63,878 nt of DNA, filler included, from Collodictyon triciliatum (GCA_043381765.1; 19 parts of 19 records of this genome joined end to end with filler, not necessarily neighbours in it); one strand, 5' to 3'. Shown: positions 26,082 through 40,278, counted from the first letter of the whole stretch. Program-made: numbers and translations. Notes: generated from the sequence alone by a model not told the origin.

Positions 26082-27033
26082 TTCTATGTTTGCAGGTTGA
26101 AAGGGACCGAACGTCCGTTTAGTAACGAATACTACACTCACAAAGAGTCTGGTGTATACCTCTGTGTTTGTTGTGACACAGAACTTTTCAGGTTTCAATA
26201 TTAATACAATAGAATGATATGAACTAGAGAAAAAACATACCTTTTAAATCTCCTTTGGATTGGGATTATGCATCTACCCATGTTGGTGGTGTTATTCGGT
26301 CGATGTATTTATTTTTTTCGCTCTGTTATCCAATTCAAGGGAAGGATTTTGTGTACTTTTTTACAGTTCGACGCAGTCATAGCGCTTTGGTATTCAGTTG
26401 ATGCATATAGATACCTGCTGAACTAAAAGTGCCGTTCAACATTTCACGGGTAGGTCTGACCACAAGTACGATTCTGGCTCTGGGTGGCCTGCGTTTTTTA
26501 AAGTCTCAAAGAACCAAGCAGTTAAAGAAATCCCGGACTACAGCCATGGAATGACAAGAATCGAAGTGGCATGTGCCAGCGTGAGGATCATCCTTTATCC
26601 ACTTTACCTTTTGCAATCTCATCAGAATATTACATGGTGCTGAAACTTTTATTTATGTGTTCCATCTGTCATATATGTCCAAGGCAATAAAATAAGAATC
26701 ATACTAACAATCATTTCAAAAACCGAAAAAATGAAATGAAATGATTGCGTATCATGCAAATCTGAAAATTCAGTGCGATTCACACCTAGGGTAAGTACCT
26801 TTCATTTTTACCATTCTATAATCACTACGATGCACTAAATTTTGGATCAAAGATTTAGAAATAAGCAAAGACACTTTTGAAAACATGCTAATGTTAATTA
26901 ATTTATTCATTACTACCAATTACTTGAGCATTATTTCAATTTCAATAGACACGTCTTTGACGACGGCCCAAAAGACAAAGGAGGTCGGCGATTTTGCATT
27001 AACAGTGCATCGCTTAACTTTATCAAGTCATGA
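26082..27033 (+). CDS. msrB: Peptide-methionine (R)-S-oxide reductase, 3' part
   Basis: Exons 26082-26191, 26454-26580, 26774-26790 and 26949-27033 splice in frame to give [64 protein letters not shown], with stop TGA at 27031-27033. Confidence 0.95.
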
Positions 27034-28133
27034 AGAAAACTGTGGTTTTGTTCAAAGATCAACTATCACACAGAGAACAAGAAAGAGGAATAAAATGTTA
27101 AAACATAAGCTTTCATGAATAGATTTGAATAACCATTTTTCCCCTCTATCTGATTTTATATACCCCTTTTATTCATGGTGTTTGTAGGATTTTGATAATT
27201 ATGTATTTTTTCTTTCCTTGTTTTTTAAGATAGCATATAAAAAAAAAGCACAGGCATGCATTGATGTAAATTTAAACGATTAATAGAATATAACTCAGTT
27301 TGATGTGATTGTGTCATTCTATTCATCATGATTTTTAGCGCCACATCGAGCAGACTCAAAGTAGAAAGAATATCCCATATTAGATTACAATTCATAATGC
27401 ATTTATTCATAACTCCTGTACAGAAATCATTGAAGGATTTGATTTACACAAAGTGATGATCGCGTTAGTATCTTAGATTATATGAAAAATCGCGACTGTT
27501 CGCCTTCCCTCATACCATGGCATGTACTGGCGAATTGCTTCATTTCCCAGAGATCATCAACAACCGCGCAGACTATTGTCTCTTGAATGGATACACTGAT
27601 ATCTGGTTTTGAAATAGTCTCGTCGCATTGATGATTATCTGGTCTTAACACATAAACCTCTCGCTTAAAAAAAAAAAAAAAAAAGAAGGGACAGCGCACC
27701 CCTTAATGGGTTCATGCACCTGACATAAGTTTCTCTTTGTTTTTTGTTGTTGTTTTTTTACATACAAGAACGAGAATATTAACAACTACAGGGTTGTTGG
27801 AGGGGTTTTCATCTACGTTACATGTACGCATATAAGAGAAAGGATGAATGCCTGCGCCAAAGGGAAAGAGGGAGGGAGGCAAGGGTCTGATTTTCGCTTA
27901 AGCCAGAGCAAAACACAATAACTAAAATTTTATGCCTCTCACACAACTCGCCCCTGCTACCAAATCTCCACAATAAGTTTTTCCCGCCTCAGAAGCCTCC
28001 ATCTATCTACACACATGCATATATATAATGCGCCCACCTATCCACGTATTCTGCCTCTCACAACCGGCATCAGGTGCGTTTACTCCCCAGCCCAAGAGGC
28101 GAGACTACAGCGGATCCGGGAAGGAATCACTCA

Positions 28134-28210
<77 letters not shown>

Positions 28211-28359
28211 AATGATCCCACAAGCAAAACACCCGCCCAACGAAGAACTCAGCAATCAGCCATTGTTGTCCTCGAGGCAAGAAGGCGGTATCCTCGGCTT
28301 TGTTTTGTCTCAATAAACTGTTGATATGAAACCCTCCCAAAAAATAAACAACCTCAGCA

Positions 28360-29051
28360 ATGAGCCGAACACACGCCCTTGTGAGCCTCGCCGCCCTCTG
28401 CGCAGCGATCAGCCTTTGCGTCTGCCTCCCGCTCCAACCGCAGATCTCCAACGGCGGCCTCCGCCTCATCGCCACCGATCCAGACACGGCTGTTTGGCTG
28501 ACTCAGGAGCAGGTTGATCGCCTGGCCTTGGTCGGCTCAAACTTCATGGACATCACAGAGCACCCGGACCTGTCACCCGGTGGCTCGGCCCAGCTCGTGG
28601 CTGCGACCATCCCAAATGCCCCGCGGTTCCAGGATCTTGTCCGCTCGCTTATTCCAAGCCTGTCTATCCAGCGCTTCAACAAGACCGTGGCTGACATGTC
28701 CAGCTTCTCCACACGCTACTACCGCTCAGAGACCGGAGTCGTTGCCGCAAACTGGCTTGCAGATCAGTACCGCGCCGCTGCTGCCGGCCGCCCCGACATA
28801 TCTGTGCGCACGTTTGCCCACTCCTTCATCCAGCCGAGGTTTGGATGTCCTGCAACCTGACATGTTGTATCGTACCACAATTACAGTACCTTGTGTCAAG
28901 CCGCGCCATAACACACTTTGCGTATTGTCTTCCGTCTGATGCTTTGCTCCATACAGTGTCATTGCTCGCATTGAGGGAGACGGGTCGTCCAACGAGGCTG
29001 TGATTATCGGGGGCCATCTCGACAGTATCTCGTCCACGTCGGCTGCCCCCG
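28360..29051 (+). CDS. Secreted M28-family leucyl aminopeptidase, 5' part
   Basis: Signal peptide, NFMDITE prodomain motif and FSTRYYRSETG. After intron 28839-28956 it reads QPSVIARIEG...VIIGGHLDSI...APG. Confidence 0.88.
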
Positions 29052-29082
29052 GTCTGATGTGTTCATTCGGCAAAATAATATC

Positions 29083-29113
<31 letters not shown>

Positions 29114-29213
29114 NNNNNNNNNNNNNNNNNNNNNNNNNNNNNNNNNNNNNNNNNNNNTTAATTAATTAANNNNNNNNNNNNNNNNNNNNNNNNNNNNNNN
29201 NNNNNNNNNNNNN

Positions 29214-31255
29214 AGCACCTTTGCGGGTCTTGTGTGAAGCAGACTTCGTTACATTCCGGCATAGTGGAGAGCCTTTGAGGGTTGTGCGTGTGAAGCAGAC
29301 ATCTTCGTAATCCGGCATAGTGGAGAGCTTTTGAGGGTTGTGTATGTGAAACAGATTGCGTCGCAGTCCGGCATATTGGAGAGCCTTCGAGGGTTGTGTA
29401 TGAAGCAGACTTCGTCGTATTCCGGCATAGTGGATAGCCTTTGAGGGTTGTGTGCGAAGCAGACATCGTCGTATTCGGCATAGTGGAGAGCCTTCGAGGG
29501 TTGTGTATGTGAAACAGATTGCGTCGCAGTCCGGCATATTGGAGAGCCTTCGAGGGTTGCGTGCGCGAAGCAGACATCTTCGTAATCCGGCATAGTGGAG
29601 AACCTTCGAGGGTTGCGTGTGTGAAGCAGATTTCGTCGTAATCACGGCATAGTGGAGAGCCTTTGCGGGTCTTGTGTGGAGCAGACTTCGTCGAAGTTCG
29701 GCATAGTGCAGAGCCTTTTGTGGGTCTTGTGTGTTAGAGGCAGACTGCGTCGCAGTCCGGCATAGTGGGGAGCCTTCGTGGGTCTTGTGTGTGTGTGAAG
29801 CAGACTTCGTCGTATTCCGGCATAGTGGAGAGCCTTTGCGGGTCTTGTATGAGGCAGACTTCGTCACATTCCGGCATAGTGGAGAGCCTTTGTGGGTCTT
29901 GTGTGAAGCAGACTTCGTCGACGTTCGGCATAGTGGAGAGCCTTTGCGGGTCTTGTGTGGAGCAGACTTAATCGACGTTCGGCATAGTGGAGATCCTTTG
30001 CGGGTCTTGTGTGAAGCAGACTGCGTCGACGTTCGGCATAACGCAGATCCTTTGTGTATCTTGTGTGTGTGTGAAGCAGACTTCGTCGACGTTCGGCATA
30101 GTGCAGACCCTTTGCGGGTCTTGTGTGAGGCAGACTTCGTCGTATTCCGGCATAGTGGAGAGCCTTTGCGGGTCTTGTGTGAAGCAGACTTCGTCGTCTT
30201 CCGGCATAGTGGAGAGCCTTTGCGGGTCTTGTGTGAAGCAGACTTCGTCGTATTCCGGCATAGTGGAGCCTTTGCGGGTCTTGTGTGAAGCAGACTTCGT
30301 CATATTCCGGCATAGCGGAGAGCCTTTGCGGGTCTTATGTGAAGCAGACTTCGTCGCAGTCCGGCATAACGCACAGCCTTTGTGGGTCTTATGTGGAGCA
30401 GACTGCGTCGTATTCCGGCATAGTGGAGAGCCTTTGCGGGTCTTGTGTGGAGCAGACTGCGTCGTATTCCGGCATAGTGGAGAGCCTTTGTGGGTATTGT
30501 GTGAAGCAGACTTCGTCGACGTTCGGCATAGCGGAGAGCCTTTGCGGGTCTTGTGTGGAGCGGACTTCGTCGACGTTCGGCATAGTGGAGAGCCTTTGCG
30601 GGTCTTGCGTGTGTGCAGACTTCGTCGACGTTCGGCATAGCGGAGAGCCTTTGCGGGTCTTGCGTGAAGCAGACTTCGTCGACGTTCGGCATAACGCACA
30701 GCCTTCGCGGGTCTTGTGTGAGTAAAGCAGACTGCGTCGAATTCCGGCATAGTGGAGAGCCTTTGCGGGTCTTGTGTGAGGCAGAATTCGTCGTAATCAC
30801 GGCATAGCGGAGATCCTTTGTGGGTCTTATGTGGAGCAGACTTCGTCGAATTCCGGCATAGTGGAGAGCCTTTGCGGATTTGTGTGTGTGAAGCAGACTT
30901 CGTCGTATTCCGGCATAGTGGAGCCTTTGCGGGTCTTGTGTGAAGCAGACTTCGTCGACGTTCGGCATAGCGGAGAGCCTCTGCGGGTCTTGTGTGGAGC
31001 GGACTTCGTCGACGTTCGGCATAGTGGAGCCTTTGCGGGTCTTGTGTGAAGCAGACTTCGTCGCAGTCCGACATAGTGGAGAGCCTTTGCGGGTCTTGTG
31101 TGAGGCAGAATTCGTCGTAATCACGGCATAGCGGAGATCCTTCGTGGGTCTTGTGTGAAGCAGACTGCGTCGACGTTCGGCATAATGGAGAGCCTTTGCG
31201 GGTCTTGTGTGAGGCAGACTTCGTCGACGTTCGGCATAGTGCAGATCCTTTACGG
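29214..31255. repeat. GC-rich tandem array with a 54-bp unit, about 37 copies
   Basis: Typical unit GAAGCAGACTTCGTCGTATTCCGGCATAGTGGAGAGCCTTTGCGGGTCTTGTGT (near-consensus copy at 30181-30234). Copies differ by substitutions and 2-nt indels. The array is truncated by the contig start. Confidence 0.95.
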
Positions 31256-32817
31256 TTATCGGCCCTCATGTGCACACGTGTGTGAGCGTGCTTCGTGTGT
31301 GCAGGTGTGCTCGTGAGTCCACGTTGCGTTGCTTGTGCGAGTAGTTGCGTGTTGCAGATGACAGTTGCGGGTCGACTCGACTCGAGACTCGACACTGCTT
31401 GGCGACCGACCGGCTGTGGCAAAAAAATTGGGTCACGTGCGCGAGGCGAGCGGTTGCCGAAGCCGCCCGCCTTTAATAAGGACGGAAAGAAAGGGTACAA
31501 AACTTGAATAAACGGATAACCCTGATCACCCAGGCTTAGCGTCACCGAAGTTTGCATACAGCCTTATCCCGGCACTTAATGTACAAAGGCGTTGCCCGAA
31601 TGAGGGCAGTTTGTCCGTGGGTCCAGCAAGGGTTGCCTGGTAGCAGTGCCTAGATGAGGATTGGAAAAGGGATTCGGGTTAGATTGGTTTCGATGGCATA
31701 GATTCGAAGTGAATGATAGATGATTCATTATTGTTGTGAAAAAAAATTGACCATAGAATGCAGCTGATGATGAAATAAAGGAAAAAATGTTTTATTTTCC
31801 ACATATAAGAATTCGATGTGGATTGTTGCCTTATCGTATAAGGAAGAAATGAGAGAGACAAATTATGTTCATATTTATACTAAATGCGTTTATTGTAGGT
31901 TTATTATAAAGCAGAATGCCAAAATAGGAAATATTCCACTAAGAGAGCGAAGAGATGCGGACAAGATATTTGAGGGCAGAATATGCACATGAGGGCATGC
32001 CTGTTGGGTGCGTTGTATCCCACATTAGGTTCTACTGTCAGGAGCCGTGCTGAAGCCACGAAGCCGCCCCCACCGAGTCGGGATACGGCACTACGCATAA
32101 CCGTGGGAAATGCCTCATCAGTTTACGTAGTGACTCCCAATTGTGGTTCAGTTCTCAGCAAGGACGGGTTCCAACTGTGGAGCGCTACAAGCCTCAGCCA
32201 TCCCATGATGAGAGAGATATACGATGCATGGAGCGCCGGAGCCATCCAATGAACCTCACAACGCCGCGCCTACCCATCTTACCTCGGCAAGGATAGCCTG
32301 CATGAATGAATTGAAGATGAGAGGATGTTATATGTGACTGGTTCACTTCATTGGGGGATTTGTTATACACCGGAATCGGGAGATATGGCATAACGGCTAA
32401 TTTTNNNNNNNNNNNNNNNNNNNNNNNNNNNNNNNNNNNNNNNNNNNNTTAATTAATTAANNNNNNNNNNNNNNNNNNNNNNNNNNNNNNNNNNNNNNNN
32501 NNNNATTGTCATGATCCTTCAATTCAAAGGATTGAAAAGTCTAAAGAAAAAAAAGCATGTGTTCCATATATGATTCTGCCATACTTGTTTGTGTTAATGG
32601 TGATTTAGTTGTATCTCCACTTGGAAAACATAATCCAACTTTTGAAGCCATGAAAGAACAATCGTTATGAAAGAACAATATTAAATGTTTTTATATATAA
32701 ATGAAATAAGAATCATGAGGAGTAACATCATACCTCTTAGACAGGCTTGAATTGATATCTTGGATTATATTTGTTGTCTTTTCTCATCTTACATATTATA
32801 TTATTTTTATTTTATAG

Positions 32818-35462
32818 ATGAGCTCTTCAAAAGGCAACAGAGGAACAATTACGTATGTGCCCACTAATTATTCTATCAATCCCACGCTCTTGTGGGGTTC
32901 AGTAATTGCGTGCGTGTATCACATGGGCGGGGAATACAAGCGTTTCTCAATTGAAAGTCGTGCAATGAGTTATACCTATTCTTTCATATTGTAACTATGC
33001 CACATTTCACAGGCACTTCTTTTCAAAAGCAGTTTCATCAAAAGATGAGGCAAAAGCTGGGGAAGCGTTGAAAAGAAAAATCAGCGACGATCCGACAAAC
33101 GAGCCAAAGCCGACTATAATTAATGATGGAAACGTTTCTGAAGAAAAACAAAAATCCCGTCGATTATTGAAAACAATGCACACCAACGAGGATACAGACG
33201 AATTGGTCGACTTGGAAGATGTTGTAGCCACGACACCTGTGATGGGTTTGTGAAAATATTTTGGCCTGATTTGATGATTTTTAAATGTTATGTTAAGCTA
33301 AGCTAAGTTAAGTTAAGTTAAGTTATGTTATGTTATGTCATGTCATGTTATGTTATGATGTGTTATGTTATTTTCTGCTCTGTTCTGTTCTGTTCTGTTA
33401 TGATGTACTCCGTACCACATGTACCTGTGTCGTAACCCATGAACTCTTTATTATCAGATCCTCCATCGATATCACCTCTTAAGAATGAAAAAGGCCCTTC
33501 AGAAAAAGGTGCACTGTCGGATGCAAATAAGAGTCCCGAATCCCCTCTCACAGGTTGCTGTCTATCGATGTCATTTAGTAGACAAACATGAAAATCGTAG
33601 TAATATATATTTGATCAACTTGTTTATTCGATGCAAATGTCCCAAAATGTTTGATTTTATCTAAAAGTAAATGATTGGAATAAAGGCGACGATATTGGGA
33701 GTGTTCTGTGCTCTGAAGCGCAGCTCGAAACGAAATCTGAGCCAAGAAACCCAACCTCACCATTAAATCCGGGTGTGGATGTCGTCGCAGCTGAAAAAGT
33801 GAATCATTTTTGAATTTCTTTGTTACATGACAAAATCATAATCAATTTTTTTGGAGCTAATCATCTACATTTTTCTATAAAAAAATCGCCTCATGACTTA
33901 TGCTTTTGTTTTTAATCTAATTATAGTTGGAATCAAAACCATCTGTAAAGCCTGGTAAGCTTTCTGCACTCGATTAATATAATCAAAATATCTCATTTTG
34001 TCCTATACTTTTCATATGATATTATCTTTTTCTTTGACATAATTATCTCTCTACAGAACCAAAAGCTTCTGCAGACCCAAGAAAAATGAGCAAAAACGCG
34101 TTTGATGGACTGATGTATGTATATGCTTTCTCTCATTAATGTATAAAATTTTAGTTTCTTTTTTCTCTGATTCATAGTACAGCTACACGATAAACAAACC
34201 TAAGGGAAAGATCGGGTATTTCATAACATATTGAATTTAAGGGAATCTGTTAAGTCATTCGATGCGAACAAAGATGCTATGTGGAAAAAAGGAGAACCGT
34301 AAAAATTCTTTTTTTTTCATGCATCCTAGATAGACGAGGAACCCATCGCTTATTGCATTTGTTTTATCTAGTGTACCGTTTTTGGCTCTGGCGAAAACTT
34401 TTGAGGAAATTGAAGCAAATTCTTCAAGGTTGAGTGTTTACAATATCCCTTTTTATTTTTCTATTTTTAATAACAGATTGCAACAACTATCTTTACTAAC
34501 ATAATGCAATCAAATGTTCGAAATCGAATACATGAAAAGTATTAGCGAACCAATAATTTATAATTTTTTTTGAAGTGCATGTGTGTCTAAAAACAATAAC
34601 AACAACGAACATGTGCCTTTTTTCATCCCAACAGATTGAAAATTGTTGAGATAGCGCGTGAGTTTTATCGCAGAGTAATTGCCTTGACTCCTGAGGATTT
34701 ACTTCCATGTGTCTATCTTTCTACTGGCCAGGTACAATTTCCCATTATCCACATTTTTTTTTGTGATCTGCTTCTTTTTCGAGGGTTTTTTTTATTTTCT
34801 CGTTTTTCTTGTTTATGAATCCTTGACACAATCTTAGCTATTGGTATCAATACTACCGAATTGATTAGATTTCAAAAATCATAACACCTTCCTGATATAA
34901 TTTACTGCTGACAACCAAGCCAACAAAGCTTATCTTACTAAAACGTTTGAAATACTAGGTTGCGCCGTCATATGCTGGAATTGAGCTTGGTATAGCTGAT
35001 GCGACATTGATGAACGTTATTGCCGAGGCGACTGGACGAAGTAAGGCATATTCTTAAAATCAGCATGAGTAAATAGCTCGTTTAATAAAAAAAAATTCAT
35101 TAATTTATTTCAAAATATTTAGTAATTTACTTCTGATGTAGATGTTGGAACGCTAAAAACGATATTCAAGGATGTTGGTGATTTGGGAAAGATTGCACAG
35201 GTTCGTTTTACAAGAGCAATTCTTTGTTCTACTATATTGTAAAGTGAATTTTATAGCCTAAATCCCATGTTCCATCACTCGTAGGAGAGTCGATTGACTC
35301 AAGATATGATGTTGCAACCAAAACCATTGACTGCGGCTGGTATGGCTGCCCCTAGTATCAATCCTTTGTCTTTCTTTCAAAAAAATTTCAAATATATTTG
35401 AAAAAAAATTTCTAGGTGTATTTAAAACATTGAAGGAAATTGCCACGGAGCAAGGGCCCTCT
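32818..35462 (+). CDS. LIG1: DNA ligase I, N-terminal region and DNA-binding domain, multi-exon
   Basis: Motifs: WKKGEPVPFLALAKTFEEIE, LTPEDLLPCVYL, APSYAGIELGIAD, AEATGR, VGDLGKIA, MMLQPKPLT, GVFKTLKEIA. Low-complexity N-terminal exons lie upstream, and the start is uncertain. Confidence 0.9.
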
Positions 35463-35653
35463 GTAATATTTTTATACAATCATCATCATTTAGCTACAAA
35501 ATTCTGAATTAAGGAGGATGCAAACGTTGTGTTTTTCGAATTCTTTTATTGTAACATGTATTAATAATGATAGCGATAATGATAATGATAATGATAATGA
35601 TAATGATAATGATAATGATAATGATAATGATAATGATAATGATAATGATAATG

Positions 35654-35693
<40 letters not shown>

Positions 35694-35793
35694 NNNNNNN
35701 NNNNNNNNNNNNNNNNNNNNNNNNNNNNNNNNNNNNNTTAATTAATTAANNNNNNNNNNNNNNNNNNNNNNNNNNNNNNNNNNNNNNNNNNNN

Positions 35794-38565
35794 AAAACTG
35801 GCTCTGTGTATTCAGAGAGGAATCCACCAATCAGGAAAAGAGTCTCATCATATCCACCAAACGCCTAAACCAATTTTAGTGAAAAGCGATGAGAAAGTTT
35901 TAGATAAGTATTAGACAATAAATGTAAGCACACCCCATGAAGAACTGCTGGTGCGCAATCTGTCTGGGGAGGCAAACAAACAGACTCACGCATGATTAGT
36001 TCCCACCGACTAGTGTCTAATAGATAATGATGTTTGAGTGATTTTCAATATTTATAGTTGCTATCAAAAAGAAATTTTACAATTTTCGAAGAACATTACC
36101 GGTGTAAAATATCCACAAGTCGTTCATGGGGAGCGTTTCTTGCAGAATCACTTCTCCACCGAACAAAGCGACTCTTCCTCTGTCAAGGGAAGCGAGGTGG
36201 GGGTGGTTCCTTCCAAGAGGATATCTACTCAAACTGCTGTCTACCCACTCAAGAGTATCTGACATTAAATGGTTAGCTGATGCATTTTTCGAAAGAAAAG
36301 AGCAAATTTTCATTAAAACATAAAAACATAAAAAAACCAAGTAGTAAATGTGTTTGGCTAGTGTATAAAATCAAAGTTCAAATGCCTATTTTATGATTGA
36401 GGGCTGGTTGCAAGAATGTGTTTCATTTAAAACTGAGTCTATCGAGAATTCAATCCGCTTAATATTCACCTCCATCATACACCCAGAAATCACTCAGTCT
36501 GCCCATACTAGCTCCGCCTATGTAGAAGCATTTGTTTCCTATGGCTGTGAAACCAAATGCATATCGAGGCGCCGGAGCCATTATAGGGTAAGTTGAGAGG
36601 TGATTTGGAGCAGGATACGAAAATGCCGATATGTTCTTACTCTCTAAATGAAAGAAAAGGAGGTATTAGAGTCACTTTTTTTATATTTAGTGAAGTGTTC
36701 GAGGCATATTTAATTGAGATATAAACCGTAAAAATATTGATATTTTTCATGTCGACATGCTACCTAAGTCCATAATAAGCATTCCATTCGAGTTTGTTGC
36801 TGCACTGTAAACCAAAGATCCTCCAAATACAAAAAGGTCGTTTTTTATCGCTATTGCGCTGCCAATAACGATGGGGGCTGCATCAATATATATCGGGGTA
36901 TCCCACTCGGAGGTTGCTATGCATTATAATATCGTGAGCTCAAGTAAATGCGTTCACCTAAACGTTTTATGTATACTTTTAAATTGATGTGATGAATTTT
37001 ATTCTAAAGGGGATACTTTACTTATATTGAAGGTCCACATCTTGGAAATAAGTTCATAATACAAATCGCTTCCACTAAAGAATACGAGGGAATCCTTGTG
37101 CAAAGCCATTTGAGTATAACGAACAAACGCTGCATCTTCTAAGTCGTTCACCTTGGGAATAATTTTGCTCCATCTTCTACTTTCTGAAAATCAGAGAGCG
37201 AAGGAAAATATTGTCAGAGTACTCGTATTTAGTCTCATAATTTTGCACCATAGATTTTGAAGTCAATATATATTATTTAAAGTAAAAAACCTATGTGGAA
37301 GCTCCAAAAGCTGTATTCTGAGTATCCTGTGCCACCGCCATATATGTATATTACTCTGTTATATTGAGCACAGCTCATTGTATCAGTGGGCTTTGGTTTG
37401 GTTTGTGAGCTGTAAGTAATTTCTTCCCAATTCAGCGTGTCCAAGTTCAGAGCATACATGTCACCCAAGGTAACCAAGCCTCTGTATGAAGTCCCTCCAA
37501 ATAAAAAGAGCTGTTCGAGAAAAAGAGATTATGTAGAAGAGACGTTTATTATCCGCGATGTCAATACTAAAATTCTTATTTTTATGATGACGGTGTCGTT
37601 TATTCTATAGCACATGATAGAGCCAAAGGATTTCATGAGTCAAATAAAAAGAACTGCAAAACTAACCTGGTTATCATAGAGGACTGTGCAATACCCATAT
37701 CTTCTTTCGGGAATAAAACCGGTTGACATCCTCCAAGTGAACTCCAAAGTTGCTGGTGGAGATTTAATAGAAAAAATTAAATGAGAGCTGTTACATTACT
37801 GGCCATGGTTACGAGAATTAAAGAACAACAAAGAACTTTTTCGTGAGACGATCCTTTCAAATGAAGTGATTTCAAGGACAAAATGAGTGAAACATGTTTA
37901 TGTTTTGGTAAAGCAGGATTAAGGCCAAAGTAAGTTACTTGTATTTAGCATCCATATTCTATCCTGCACCGGGTTTGGCTCGTCATACTCGCTGCTTCCT
38001 CTTATCCGAGTAAACCAATTTAAAAAAGTTTAAGAGGAGGATAATTAGAAATATTGGATAATGAACAAAAAAAAATTTTTTTGAAAGCATTTCTCTTCAC
38101 GGAGTCTTCATATAAAGTATGTAAAAAAGAGATAAGAGAGATAATATTTAATTATAATTGAGAACTATTGAAAGTTTAAAAAAGAAAAAATTACTCATCG
38201 CCAAGGAAGTAAACAAGGCCGTTTCTTTCTATAACGGAAACGCTTTGTGTCGTGATGGGGTCGTTTGACTCATACTTCCAGTCTGTATTTTGTTTTATTG
38301 TGTTTTTTTAAAAAAAAAAAAAAAGTAGCAGAAAAGCATGAGTGTTTATTTATATAACTGTCCTCTTTCGCATAATAATTGCATATTATAGAGTTTTTTT
38401 TTCTGATCGTCCGCTTGATAGTTGATAACTTTCGACAGTTTGGTATTCACAACGTGGGAACCAGACACTGTGGATCTACAAACCTCCGAGCGAATCACAG
38501 CACGCAGAAAAGATCAATACTGGCCAAAGAGAAAGAACCACAGCGACGCCTCTATGGAAGCCCAT
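35794..38565 (-). CDS. Secreted or surface Kelch-repeat protein, 5' part
   Basis: ATG 38565 begins MGFHRGVAVVLSLWPVLIFSACC (signal-like). Kelch blades follow: LFLFGG..LGDMYALNLDTLNW, IYIYGG, LFVFGG, CFYIGG..LSDFWVYD, VALFGG..MNDLWIF. Confidence 0.75.
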
Positions 38566-39310
38566 CCGGAGGGAAGTAACCTGGGAAATCTGTCTTTGAT
38601 GAGACACTCTTAACTCCACCAGTCAGTTTGCATAGTTTCTTACGTGTCAGATAGGAAAGCCATGTTTCTTTGATGCCATGAAATGGAGGGGCGTAAGAAA
38701 TGGAAGGAATACAGAGGTTTTGGTATACTCCCGAAGGCAGGCGCTCGTTAAATTGGCTTTACTTTGAATCAGCATAGAATTGCAATTTACCGTTCCTAGG
38801 CTGTCCGGCACTTTCCTTTTCTATTCTCTTTCTCTTTTTCTCTTTTTCTCTTTTTCTCTTTTTCTCTTTTTCTCTTTTTCTCTTTTTCTCTTTTTCTCTT
38901 TTTCTTTTTTTCTCTTTTTCTCTTATCTTTTCTCTTATCTTTTCTCTTATCTTTTCTCTTATCTTTTCTCTTATCTTTTCTNNNNNNNNNNNNNNNNNNN
39001 NNNNNNNNNNNNNNNNNNNNNNNNNTTAATTAATTAANNNNNNNNNNNNNNNNNNNNNNNNNNNNNNNNNNNNNNNNNNNNTAATCATAATAATCATAAT
39101 AATCATAATAATCATAATAATCATAATAATCATAATAATCATAATAATCATAATAATCATAATAATCATAATAATCATAAAGCTATTGATATACTGCTCT
39201 CCCTATACAATGTTTATTATCTTTAATTCACATATTATAAGTATCATGTCACTGTCTTAATTCCGACTCAATTTTCTTATTGGCTAAGATAACATAAAAT
39301 GCAAATAAAT

Positions 39311-40278
39311 AGGTGATCAGCGGAAGACCTACTTCCATAAATCTCTCGAACGTCATCGTTGATTATGTGAAAAGGTACTCGTGAAATTATCACATGGTCT
39401 GTTTTGGAATATATGACGATAAATATCCAGGCACTTACTGAAAAGTAAATTAATACTGGGAATGAGAAATATTTTACACAATCAGAGAACATATATCCCC
39501 AAGCTGTATTCACCCACATACATTTATAACCGTGCCTCACAGCATATCACCATGTGATTTTTCCTTTTATGAGAGCGCCAAAGAAATTATGAGGAGGAGA
39601 GCAATCGCAAGGTTTTTTTTTTTTTTGTTCACTCAAACGGTTCTATTCTTTCACAAAACCAAACCAGAATGTAATAAGCGCCCCCCCCCCCCCTCGCAAC
39701 TATATGCCACGCAGGCAAAGAAAAGTACATGAAGCGCAATCATCTGTGTTATATCCCAACAAGGCAGAGTACAAAGGAAAAGACGGAGTATACTCACATT
39801 TGTGATACCAGTTTGAATTATTTTTTTTTTTTGAATTTTACTTAGATACGGCTCGGAAGAGGCTTTGCAAAAGAAGGTAGATAACTATCGGAAGAAACTT
39901 CCTGCCCCTCATTGCAAAGACGATGACCCACGCGCTGGTCGCCCTGGGTCATGCGAGAGACTGAATTTATCAGACTTTGACGGTCAGCTGGAAAAGCTCC
40001 TTTTGCCACCAACCGGGGAGGAGGGAAGGTTATTTGAGATGTCGTTCAAAGGTGTGGCCGTGCCAGGGCCAGGCGCGAAGAAACAGCCTGCACAAGCGCA
40101 GTACAATGACCGTGGTGCTGACAGCGATAGAGACCGCGAGGCTCGACCCAAAAAGAAAAAATATGTGATGCTCGACCCCAACCGAGACGACAACAAGCTT
40201 TTGAAGGAACGCTTTCAACTCATGAAAGAAATAGAGCAAAATGCCTTTCTGGAAGATGAAATACCAGATGTCAAATAG
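39311..40278 (+). CDS. Hypothetical protein, 3' exons
   Basis: Coding-like terminal exon from about 39847 to the stop at 40278, following a TAG acceptor. A short upstream exon is possible at about 39313-39374. No family recognised. Confidence 0.5.

Noticed and set aside
29214-31255. CRISPR array, or repeat-protein ORFs of up to 529 aa
   Set aside because: There are no unique 25-40 nt spacers (variable cores are about 6 nt and recur) and no cas genes. ORFs appear in many frames on both strands and are broken by 2-nt indels.
31571-31650. Twister ribozyme (stem followed by TAATG)
   Set aside because: Lacks the GGUnnnAAGCC loop and the matching 3' strand of the twister consensus.
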